Origin: Rhizaria sp. SCN 62-66
Lineage: Eukaryota
Assembly: GCA_001724265.1 (NCBI GenBank)
Contig: MEDY01000081.1
Span: 111,216 to 131,215 of the forward strand
Length of the DNA stretch: 20,000 bases
Direction: 5' to 3'
A program made the position numbers and the translations under genes. This document shows, one piece after another, positions 1 through 10,500 of the stretch. The notes under the pieces are model-generated. The model had not been told where the DNA came from. It searched no databases and was given only the letters and a program-made list of their open reading frames with translations. The stretch's first letter is position 1. Each line of letters begins with the position of its first letter.

Positions 1-1
1 C

Positions 2-3000
2 GCGCTGCCGTTCCTGCTCTCGCTGCCGACGCACGTGCGCTGGCTGCTGCTGCCGCCGGCGCTGCGCGCCTCGATGCGCCGCCTGCGCTCCGCCGCGGTC
101 TGGGCTCGCGGTGCCACCGTGCTGGGGCAGGACGTGTGGCCGCAGCTTCAGTGGGCCCGCTCCGCGCTCCAACAGCAGCAGCGTAACAAGACCGATGGTG
201 GCCGTCAGAAGCCTGTCGTGCTGCGTCTGCCCTTTACGCCGTGCCACGCCGCCGCTGTCTCGGGTGTTGCCGTCGACAGTCTGAGTGGCGATGGCGGCGA
301 GACCGTTGTCTGTCGCGACGGCCGCTGCAATGGCAGTTGCATTCAAAGCCCCGAAGCTGTTGCCGCCGGCGCCGCGACTGTGGCAGAGGTGCTGCGGTGC
401 TCCTGCTGCTGGGGCGGTGGTGTGACCGTGGGCACTCTTTTCTCGACGCTGCTCGGTCTTAACACGCCTTTTGTTCCAACTTACACAGAGACTACCCTGA
501 CTGACACAACGAACTCGACTGATGCCGTTTCGAAGCCTGATGCTCCGACGGCGGACCCATCGTTTTCAGGAGCTACCGCGAGCAACAGTCCCTTTGTCAT
601 CGCAGCGCTGCCCAGCCAGACAGAGTCTCCGTGGTGGCTTCGCTTCTTTGCCGAGCTTGTCCGCGGCTCGATCCCGCTCGAGCGCGAGACGTACTGGCTC
701 AACGGACTCGACGCGGCCGCCAAGGCTGCGTCGAGCAAGCCTGCGAGCGCACGTGACCCGCAGGGAGGCTCCGCTGCCGCTGCTGTGGCCGTCTTAGCGC
801 ACCGCATCCCGGTTCCGGATCTGCTGTTAGAGCCCGCGTCCGGCCCCGTGACCGCGAGCGGGGCCACCCTGCACATGCCGCGGCTCACGCGGCTAGCGCT
901 GAGCAACGAGTTTGACGCCGTCTGCAGCGCGTGGAAGAGGCTGCCCGTGCTCCCGAGCTTCAACCCCACCGTGGCGGGCAGTGAAGCCTACGGCACGGGC
1001 ATCGGCGGCTGGATGGGAAGCAGCACCATCGGTCTCGGGGTCGTCCCCAGTCCTGGCGCTGCTTCTCCGAGTGCGATGAGTGATGCTGTGGGTGAGAATG
1101 AAAAGGTGATGGTGTTCTCTGCTAGCGCCAGCTCCAGCGCGAGTCGCATTGTTGATGCCGACGCCACTGTCTCTGCTGTAGGTTCCACGAACAGTACGAA
1201 CCCCGCTAGTTCTCTTGCAATGGGTAGCTGCAGTGGCCCAGTCAGTACGCAGAGTTTGCGTCAACAGCTGCTGTCTCTCATCGCAGCGGACTTTGCGTTC
1301 ACTCATCCGTAGCTCGTGGCGACTCCTGACCACTCGCAGGCATTGGATGCCTTGGCTGCAGCGACTACCGACTCCCTCTGCTACTCCCTTGCAACTTCAG
1401 TCACTTTCATGAACACAGAGGCCGGTGGTAACACGAGTGGGAGCAGTGCGCTTCCGCCTTTGATCTCACTCTTCACTGCTCCTACCTCAGCACTCGCGCT
1501 TTCGTGCTTCGCACTACCTGCTTCTCTTGTCCTTCCCAGTGGAAACTCCCCCACAAGCGCGGCGAACACGTTGCACCCGTCGTCTCAGTCTGGAGGTGTC
1601 TCCGCAGCCGCGTCTCTGTCCCTCGCCGGCCCCAGCAACTCCACCTATATCGCCTCTCTGCCCGACGCGGCGGAGGTCGAGGCTGAGCTCGACTTTGCCG
1701 CCTCGCAGCAGTGCGAAGACATCGAGGAAGCGTACACGAGCGGCGATACACACGGCGAGGCGCACGCTGAAGAGTGGGCGAGCATGGGACACTGGCTGCG
1801 CCACTTTGCCTCTGCTACCACGGCGACGGACTCGGCTTCGAGCGCGAGTGTGCGTGCGATTCAGAGCGCAGCGTTCTTGCCGCTGCCGTCGCACCCCGTC
1901 CCCCTGACTCCGTTCGCATTCATCCCCGTCGACCCCGTCCTGTCGTGCTGGAACTGCGAGAAGTTAGGCCGCACAACTGCGGCGCACGCCGAGTGCCTTG
2001 GCATGCCTCCCGCGACGTGGGTCCCCTCGGTCGCGCGGTTCCTGCGCGCGGTGGTGTTCCTGTACAAGCAGGCGCTGAAGCACACGAACCCCGAGCTCAA
2101 CGACACGACGATGAACAACGTTGGCCTCCGCGACCTCAATAGTGATCTTGCCACTGAGCTCACTGCTGCTGCTGCAGTATCGACAGCGCCCGCGGTGACT
2201 GCCCCGACCGGCGTCCCCGCGCTGGACCCCCACTGCATCGAGCACGCCGCCATCCCGCTCGTCATTCCCACCGAGGCGCTCGCGGCCCCGACGCTCGCTC
2301 TGTGCCCGCTCGCGCTGCGCCGCGCGCTCACGCAGGCTAGCGCGCTTTTCTGGGGACCGGACGCATTCGCCGCCGCGGTCGCGCTCACGACGCCCTGCTC
2401 CCAGACCGCCCAGCCGCTCGGCAACGCCAACGACAGGCTCGCCGCCAACCGGCTCGATGTCGCGTACGCTCGGCTGCAGCGCGCGGTGGGCGCCGTCGTG
2501 CCCTACTATACGTGCCCGACGTGCGACGCCGCGCCGCTGCCCATGGCCGCCACGGCCGCCGCCGCCGCGGGTGCGACGGGCACGGCCGCGGGCAATGGCA
2601 GCGCGCGCAGCGGGCGCGGGCGTGGGCGCGGCGGCGCTCGCGGGCAGATCAGCTCCACGGGTGCGCGCCTCGCGTCCACGGCCGCGGCAGCGACGGTTAA
2701 CGTCGACGACGCGGACGACGACGACGAGGAAGACGAGGACGAGGCCGTGCGCGTGCGTGCGCGCGCGGCGGGCGTGGGCCACGGCCGCGGCAAGTCTGCG
2801 CGCGACCGGCGCGCTGACAACCAGCGCATCGGGATGTCCGCGCTGGGTGCTGACAGCAACAGCAACAAAGCCAACGGCAGTCAGAACAAGGACAGCGGCG
2901 CCCGGAGCACCACCAGCGGCGCGCGCAGCAACGGCAGCAGGGGCGGTCGTGGCGGCAGCAACGCCGCAGGCAATAGAGGCCGCGGCCGTCATGCCAGCGC

Positions 3001-6000
3001 GGGCTGTGAGTCCGACAGCTCAGACAGCGACGCTGGCCCCGGCTCAGCCGAGCCCGCCTCTGCCGCGCTGCCGCCGTCCCCGCTGCCGGCGGGCGCGCGC
3101 TGGCCCGGCTGCGTGCTGCTGGCACCGAGCGACCGCAGTCTGTACCGCAACCCGTACTGGCCGCTCGAGGCCGAGTCCGCCGCCGCCTTCAACAGCGCGT
3201 GCTCGGTCACGGTCCGCACACGCATTGCGTCTATCTCGCTCGCGCGCACGGTCGCCGCAGGCGCCGTCGCGCTGCTGTCGGGCGCCGCGGCCCCTGCGCC
3301 CGGCGCGGTGGGGTTGAGCGACGCCAACGAGTCGGTGTCGCACGCGCGCGCGGCCTGGACCGCTGTGCAGACGCGGCTCGACAAGCACCGCGCATTGGCG
3401 CAGCACGCGGCGGCGCTCGACCACGCGCTCGCGCTGTCGCCGCCGCAGTTCCTGCCCCCGCGGTGCGCGGCGTGTCTGTCGCGCGGTGGCATCATGCGGC
3501 CCACGGCCGACGGCTCGGGCCTCTGGGTGCACCCCATCTGCGTCGTCTACACGCCCGAGCTTTTCTATCGCGGCCAGGCCCCCGACGACGAAGTGCGCGG
3601 CCTCAGCGCGGCGCTGCTCGCGCGGCGATCGCTGCAGTGCGGCGTGTGTCGCATCAAGGGCGGCGCCTGCGTGCAGTGCGACGCGCGGCACTGCTACACC
3701 GCGCTGCACGTCACGTGCGGTCTGCGCGCCGGACTGTTGCTGCGCGACGCGCGCGTGCGGCGCTCCTACCAGGCCGACCCGCTGGACCCGTACTCGGGCA
3801 TGTACAGCGCGTTCGACGGCACGCTCGTCGGCCGCGTCGACGGCGAGGCCAACGATGAGGAAACCATCACCGGCGGCGCCGACGATAGGGACATTGTGTT
3901 GACGGATCACGACTTCGTCCGTCTTCGTGCCAAGGGTCCCTTCTTCGGAACAGAAGTCTCCGCGCTTCCGCAGCGGCCCTCGTTGGCGCCGCCCTCTCAG
4001 ACCTCTATCGCTGCGGTCGCGGCCGCCAACGGCGACATCCCGCCCAGCAACGCCGTCGGCGTGTATATCAAGTGCCCCCGCCACACGCCGCACCATTGTC
4101 CCGTCACGGGCGCGCCGCTGCGGCCGAAGCTCTTCCGCTTCGCGGCCGGCGGCGACTGCGTGGCGCCGTCGCTCTTGGCGCCCGGGGAGCCCTTGGGTGG
4201 CAGCGTGCTCGCCGTGGCGCCGCCATCACCGCGCCGCGCCGCCACGACTGCGGCCGCGAGCGCCAGCAACAAAGCGTCAGCGCCCGCGCCCGCGCTCTCA
4301 CACACACAGTCAGACTCGTACGCCAAGAGCGTCCAGTCAAGCTTGTCGCGGTTTTCGACAGTGCCGGCAGGTCCCACAGGAGTGCGCATGTCAGTAATCT
4401 CAACCCGTGCGCAACCCGGGGAGTTTGCTCCCTCACCGCCGCCGCCGCCGCAGCCGCGCGCTCACAGCAACACTGTCTCCACCGAGTATTTTACTGTGCA
4501 GCTCGATGGCACGTACATCAGGCGCGCGCGCGGTCGGCCGAAGCGCATCTCCCCCCCGTATGTGCGGACCGTGATGGGCGTCATCATCAATACGAACGAG
4601 GTCGTTCGCGAGGGCGCGCTTGCAAGTGAGTTCATTCGCAACAGGGCCAAGGGGCTCATGAGTGGCGAGGACATCACGCCCGAGCGCCCTCTCGCGCACT
4701 CCCCCGCCCGCAACGCCGCTGGCTACACTCCCAAGAGCGAGCACGGGAGCCCGGCGACGTCCGCGCCGCAGTCGCCGTCGAGCGCGCGGTCCGGCACTCT
4801 CAATGCCAACGCGGGGAGCGCTCCCGTCTCGCCCGCAGCCTCCGCCTTTGCCAGTGCGAATGCTCGCTACGCGAGTCCGAGCTCCCGTGCTGGCGCCGAT
4901 GCGAGCCTCACTGCGAGCCCCGGTGCCGTCAGTGGACCGAGCGCGCCCGACCTGCAGGACCCGCAGCTGAGGCCGTCTGACTGGAGCGAACAGAGTGCGG
5001 AGGCTGCGGCGTACTTGAAGCAGTACTTCAGAAAGAGCAACGCTGACGATAGCAACTGCACGAGTGGCAATCACAAGTCGGTGCTTGTTTCTGATCACGA
5101 TGACTTTGATGACGACATCAGCGACAAGATTTACAGCAACAATGACTCCGAGATGACGGCGAACAAGGATGTGAGCGCCAGTAATCTTGCCGCGTCCACG
5201 GCTGCTGCCCCTGCCGCTGACTCTGCGAGCTCCTCCTCCTCTGCCAGTGTCGTTGAGATCGACGACGGTGAGTCCCAGAACGATGTCATCTCGACGCCAG
5301 CTGACTGCCCCACGCCACCCGCCAACGCTACGCCGACTCTGCGCAGTGTCTCTCGCCTCGGCACCGCTGGCGTCAGCTCCTCTGATGACATCATTGCTGA
5401 TGCAAGTAGCGCGACTCGTTCCGTCACCGATAAGTCGGCTGCCTCAGGCTCTCCGTCTTCGTCTTCTCATGCACTAGCCTCCTCCTCTCGTGTCAATCGG
5501 GTGTACTGCGGTGTCATCACTTTTGATGACGAGAAAGACGAGAAGGAGAAAGAGGCGGACGCTGCCAAGATTGCGCAGCCCGTCACTGCCGCTGTTGCTG
5601 CGGCAGCGGCTGCAGCTGCTATGGTTGCTGTGACAGCGGGATCGGTCGCCGCTGCGGCAGGAATGGACGACGAATTCGACGAGAGAGAGGTCCCGCCTCT
5701 GGCCGCCCTCACGCCCGTCAGGACGCCCTCCTCTTGCAGTGCGGGCGCCGGCAATCCCGGCAGTATCCGCAGCAGCAGCCGTCGCAGTCTGGCGCCGGCG
5801 CTCTTGGCCGTTTCGGCCGACTCGGCGGTGCCGACTCGCCCCATGGCCACGGCCGACCACGGCAACAGCACCATTAACACTAAGGAAGACAGTGGTAACA
5901 ATGACGTCCCTGCTTCTGCCCCTGCGTCCTCTAGCGCTGGTAGCCCGACGGCTAGTGAGAGCTCTGCTACTGGTCCGCCTGCGGCTGCGGCGACACGGGG

Positions 6001-6190
6001 CAATGCGAACACGAAGCCGAAGCGCCCTGCTGAGACTGCAATGGGTGGAAACGACAAGCGTGCCCGCCCTGCTAACAACAACAACAATAACACTCACGCG
6101 AACGCAAACAACAGTGGCAACGGTAGCAATAAGGCGGCCAATGGAGGAAAGACGTCTATTCTTAACTTTTTCTCGAAGGTTAACAAGTAA
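2..6190 (+). CDS. Large PHD/extended-PHD (PZP-like, BRPF/JADE/AF10-type) chromatin-reader protein; 5'-truncated; spans one in-frame TAG at 1310-1312
   Basis: Frame 2 is open from position 2 (ALPFLLSLPTHVRW...). ORFs 35..1312 and 1316..6190 share this frame, with only TAG-CTC at the junction and no AT-rich spacer. The downstream part contains CAAC-LSRGGIMRPT-x-WVHPIC...CGVC-RIKGGACVQC-x4-C-YTALHVTC...CPRH. It ends at TAA 6188-6190, where composition switches to AT-rich. The 1316..6190 part is near-certainly coding; the join across TAG is inferred. Confidence 0.8.
1946..2524 (+). other. Probable dispersed canonical PHD finger (PHD1 of a PZP module)
   Basis: LSCWNC-x8-AHAECLGM (1946-2005) resembles the PHD core 'fCdgCnlavHqeCyGv'. 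YTCPTC (Cys codons at 2513 and 2522) resembles the terminal 'WLCxxC' but lies 173 codons downstream. Confidence 0.55.
3464..4084 (+). other. Zn-knuckle plus extended PHD finger (zf-HC5HC2H_2-like) domain
   Basis: The translated motif CxxC-xx-GGIMRPT-x5-WVHxxC-xx-YTPE ... CxxC-xxx-GGACVQC-x4-CxxxLHVTC-x3-GLLL ... IKCPRH matches from memory the second half of the PZP module of BRPF/JADE/AF10 proteins. The last CxxH is displaced by an insertion. Confidence 0.9.
4520..4546 (+). other. AT-hook motif (RRARGRPKR)
   Basis: Canonical R-G-R-P core flanked by basic residues, downstream of the ePHD. Confidence 0.7.
6149..6172 (+). other. C-terminal PIP-box-like motif (KTSILNFF), preceded by a possible bipartite NLS (KPKRP...DKRARP)
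   Basis: x-x-x-I-x-x-F-F pattern five residues from the C-terminus after a long disordered tail. The canonical Gln at position 1 is replaced by Lys. Confidence 0.55.
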
Positions 6191-6481
6191 AACTGTTGGG
6201 TCGCGCTCCCAGTCTACGAGACTGACTTTATACTGCTAAACTACTACTGATAAGATAATTAGACTTTATGGGTTTAAGTTTCACCAATATATATTAGAAA
6301 CAGATACAATACAATCATTGAACTGCGAACACCTCGTCACGTAACGAACATATAGAATCTATCGTCAGATGGCATTGAGATAAAATGAAAGACTATGTAT
6401 TGTGTGATGAACTAGATAACAATATACTTCGATGATTTGCCGCAAGACAACTTCTTAACGAACTAAGGAGCGTGCCACGTC
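6191..6481. other. AT-rich spacer between convergent genes (3' UTR/termination region)
   Basis: 291 bp between the TAA at 6190 (+) and the TAA at 6482 (-), with a clear drop in GC and stops in multiple frames. Confidence 0.75.
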
Positions 6482-7078
6482 TTAGATTGAGGAAAAGTTG
6501 CGGTTGTTGTAGGGAAATGTCTTGCGCGCTGCCTTGAGCCTGCGCAGCGCCTCTGTCAAATGCCACTTCTCCAGCGGCCCGCCGTATACGCCGGACTCCA
6601 TGCGGACCTGCTTGGCCTTCTCCACAAGTTCTTTGGCGAACACAAGACCGCAGTCCTTGACAGCGAGGGGCACGAGAGGGTCCGAGGCGGCGCCGGGCAC
6701 AACGGTGTTGACCAGCTGCGTCGCGAAAAGGGTGTCGATCGTCGCAGGCTCGGTCGGGATCGCCGCGGAGTAGTCAAAGAACGGGTGTGGGGCCGCAGTG
6801 GTGGACGAAGATAAGGCCTCCGCAGAAGCCTGAGACGTGGTCGCGGCAGGGGTGGCTGCAGTGGTGGCAGCAGCGATGGTGGTTGTTGGTTGAGTCTTGC
6901 TTGAAGCAGCTGGCGCGGGAGCAGCTGTAGTTGTGATAACAACAGCAGACCCGTTAAAAGAAGCCGCGGTGGACTTCAATGCACCGGTACTGTCTGTTGT
7001 GATTGTGTAGGACTGAACAGCCGCGGAGGCCTTCTTCGGACCACCCATCGACAGAGTCAGGGGCTTCGACTGTGACAT
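6482..7078 (-). CDS. TAF11: TAF11-like (TAFII28) histone-fold protein, TFIID subunit, with a low-complexity Ala/Thr/Ser N-terminus
   Basis: ATG..TAA, 198 aa. The C-terminal VPLAVKDCGLVFAKELVEKAKQVRMESGVYGGPLEKWHLTEALRRLK aligns by eye with the TAF11 signature (VIAMxGIAKVFVGEVVEEAxxV...PLxPxHxREAxRRL). The start could be extended by an upstream exon (acceptor-like AG at 7095-7094). Confidence 0.8.
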   Translation of the reverse strand: MSQSKPLTLSMGGPKKASAAVQSYTITTDSTGALKSTAASFNGSAVVITTTAAPAPAASSKTQPTTTIAAATTAATPAATTSQASAEALSSSTTAAPHPFFDYSAAIPTEPATIDTLFATQLVNTVVPGAASDPLVPLAVKDCGLVFAKELVEKAKQVRMESGVYGGPLEKWHLTEALRRLKAARKTFPYNNRNFSSI

Positions 7079-7500
7079 GAATGACCCAGATGTCTACAGA
7101 AGCAAAGATGCAGTTCAATAGAAAATAAATAAGTGGGAATATGTGAAACAAAGATTCAAAATCGTTCAAACAAAAAGAAGTACATTTGACGATCGCTACA
7201 GCTTTGAAATAGAATGAAAAGCTCCGTCCAAGCCACTCTGCGTTGTCGCCTCATCTTCCGCGCCCACCCTTGACCACTTTCTTTTGACTTATCCACTGGT
7301 GTCACTTAATCGTAAAATCGTCTGCATGTGGTACTTTATGAACTTTTTCTTAAATTTTAACACTATAATTAAGTTTCATACTCACAGGCACTTTTATTGT
7401 CTCGATATCCCGAAAGTAATTGTCGACACTCCACTGAAGTATCACACTTCCTGTCACAAGTCCTCCAGCTCCGCTCTCCGGCGCTCCCTGCTCTCCCGCG
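7079..7500. promoter_or_regulatory. Compact divergent (probably bidirectional) promoter/5' UTR region
   Basis: Only 422 bp separate the head-to-head ATGs at 7078 (-) and 7501 (+), with an AT-rich core. No specific element identified. Confidence 0.6.
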
Positions 7501-10500
7501 ATGTCTGACAGGGCGCCACCCGTTGGCGCCTCACTTTCCGCGGTACTCGCGGCGGACGGCTCTCCTCCCTTGAGCAACTCCGAGCGTTTCGCGCGGCAAC
7601 TGCTTCGCGACCGCGGTCTCTACACCACACACATCGAGCGCGAGCTGGAGCGTGTCTCAGCCGACTACCTCCGCGTGAGCGAGATGACCACGAGCCTTAC
7701 TGACGTTCGCGGTACTCTTCAACTCCACGCCACGCGCCTGTCATCTCTGTCCTCGGCCGTCACGGCGACCGCCGAGGCGCACGAAGCCAGCGAGCTCGAG
7801 GCCGCCCGCGCGTCCACCGCCCTGCGCGCGCGCAACAAGGCGCTCGACGAACGGCTCTCCCACGTTGAGGCGCTTATCACCACCGTCCGTTCGACCCCGG
7901 CGCCCGTGCTGCCGCCCCCTGCGCCCGCGCCGGCGCCGCCTGCGCCCGTCGCGGTCAGCGCCGCACCCGCGTTTGGACCAGTGCAGTGTGCGCAGGAGGT
8001 GCGCTCACAGCTCGCCCCCGCGACCGCCGCGCTCACTGCGCGCCTCGACGCGGGCATCGAGGCCGTCGAGGACGTCATCACGCGCGTTGATGCGCGGGTC
8101 TCGGCGCGCGTCGAGAGCGCGCTGGCCAAGGTGGAGGCCGCGGGGAGCAAGGCGGCCACGGCTGCTGACGCTGCGGCCGCCGCTGAGGCTGCTGCTGACA
8201 AAGCGGACGCCGCAGCGGCGCGCGCTCAGAACGAAACCGCAGCGCTTGCCACCGCGGTTGCGCAGTGCAGCGCGCAGCAGCAACTACTGAAGGCGGCCCT
8301 TGCTGCCATCCCCGCAACACCGACGGTAATCGCCGCCCCGCCAGCGCCTGCGCCTGCGGTGGCTGCAGCTGCGCCGGCGCGCCCGGGCCCACAGTCGCCC
8401 CTGTCTGCCTCCGAGGAGTCCTTCTGGGCAGACCACGTGTGCTCGTGGACCGTAAACGACCTCACATCCCGGCCGGACAGCGCCCTCGCGCGCGCGGTCG
8501 CGACGCTCACGACCGCCGCGGTGGCTCCTGTCGCCAAGACCGCTGCCGACGCAACCGCGGCCGCCGCTGCGGCCTCGCGCGCCGCAGCCGCCGCGCAAGC
8601 GACCGCCACAGCCGCGCAGGCCTCCGCGGCGGACGCCGTGGCGGGTGCCGAGGCCGCGGCGCAGGCGGCCGCACAGCGCGCTGACACAGCCGCGCTGTCG
8701 CTGCAGCGGCGGCTGCAGAGCCTTGAGACGAAGGCTGACGCCGCCGCCGCCGCCGCGTCCAACGCAGCCGAGGCCGCAGATGCCGCGACCGCCGCGGCAG
8801 AGGCTGCTGCGGCGCCAGTCAAGCTTAAGGCTGCGGTCGCCGCCGAAGTGAGTCGCGCTGTCGACGCCGCAGTCGCCGCCGCCGTTGCCGCCGCAGTCGC
8901 GGACGCAGTCACTGCAGCTGTCGCAGCGGCGCGCAGCGAGTGGGAGACGGCCGCCGCCGCGCGCGAAGCTGCGACCGCGACCAAGCTGCGCGCAGCGGCC
9001 GAGACCGCGGCCGCTGCGGCGGCGACTGAGGCCGTCTCCGAGGTCGAGTCGCGCTTGCTGGCGACAGCGCGCGCGCAGGCGCAGGCGCAGGCGCGCGAGC
9101 GTGATCGTGAGCGCGCAGTCCAGCGTGAGGGCGAGACGGCAGCAGTCGTGGCGCTGACCAGCAAGGTCGACGCCGCGCTGCTGACGGCGCAACAAAGTCA
9201 GGCCGCCTCGGAGCGTGCGCGCGAGGCCTGTGCAGGCATCGGCGCCGCGCACAAGGCTGAGGCGGCGGCAGTGCTGGCCGCTATTGCTGAGGCCGAGACC
9301 AGGGCCGCTGCGGCCAGGACTGAGGCTGAAGCGAGGGCTAATGAGGCCGAGGCGCGGCTGTTGGCACAGTCGCAGTCCGTGGCAGCTGCAGTCGACGAGA
9401 AGGCCAGCAAAGCCTTGGCTGCAACGGAAGCCAAGTTGCAGGGGGCCACCACCGCTGCGAACGAGAAAGCCAGCAAGGCTCTTGCTGCGGCGGAGGCCGC
9501 GCGCAAGGCGGCTGCTGAGACGACCGCGAAGGTCACCGAGTGCACTACTGTTGCGAAGCAAGCTAGTGCAGCGATGCAGGCTCTGAAGATCGCGAGCGAC
9601 GAGGCGCGTTCTCGCTTAACGCCGCTTGCGACTGCTGTCAAAACGCTGGCAACTCGTATCGACGCCACGGAAGCCGGGTTCGCGTCTAAGCTTGCTGCAG
9701 CCGCTAAGCAGACTGAGGCAAGCGTTGATGCTCGCTTTGCTGCTGTTTCAAACGCGTTCGATGCTAATTTGGCGCGCTTCAACACAGCGCAGGCTGCCGT
9801 TGTCGAGGACCTTTCGGCGCGCGTGTGGAGCGCGGAACAGGTCGCCGCACGTGTCGCTGCAGACACGGTAGCGCGGACGACCCAACTGGAGCAAAACATT
9901 GCCGAGGCAGCTGCAGCTGCTGTGAGGACCGCCGAGGCCGCTGTCGCGAAGGTCGCTGCGGACGCGGCCGCAGAGGCACGGGCCCGCGGGGACAGTGGCG
10001 CTGCTGCGGCGCGCGCGGCGGTGTCTGCAGCAGAGTCTGCCGCGGCCGCGGCCACAGCGAGCGCTGACGACGCCCGCCGCACTGCCGATGCGGGGCAGCG
10101 GGCGGCGGAGACGGCGCGGCGCGAGAGCGCGCGGGAACTGGCCCAGGCGCTGCGCGCGGCGGAGCAAAGCAACGAGCGAGCTGTGCGTGAGGCGCGTGAC
10201 GCGATGGGCGACGTGACGCGCGCGCATAAGGATGACTTGGAGAACAAGATGCGCGACTCGGTCGACTTGATGCGTGATTTTGAGCGCAGCATCGGCGAAA
10301 AGCTTGCGCAGACGGCGCGTGCTGGCGAGGAAACGATGCGCGCTGCTGTGGAACAAGTGCGCCGAGTGCAGGATCGGTTTTCGGCTTCGCTGGACGCAGC
10401 ACTTGCCGCGGAGCATGTGGCGCGTGCGGCGCACGCGGCAGCGACCGCGGAGACCGCCGCCCGCGTGGAGCTCGACTCCACCGTCCGTGGCGAACTGCAA

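Noticed and set aside
35-1318. Treating 35..1312 and 1316..6190 (and likewise 18364..19368) as separate genes with GTG/TTG starts, like a bacterial operon
   Set aside because: The content is eukaryotic (PHD fingers, TAF11). There is no Shine-Dalgarno or intergenic space, frame 2 is open upstream of 35, and non-ATG starts 3 nt after a same-frame stop are ORF-caller artefacts.
6954-7577. Short ORFs 6954..7169 (-), 7284..7508 (+), 7350..7577 (-)
   Set aside because: They lie in or cross the AT-rich divergent spacer, have TTG-type starts and non-protein-like Phe/Ile-rich translations, and overlap real genes.
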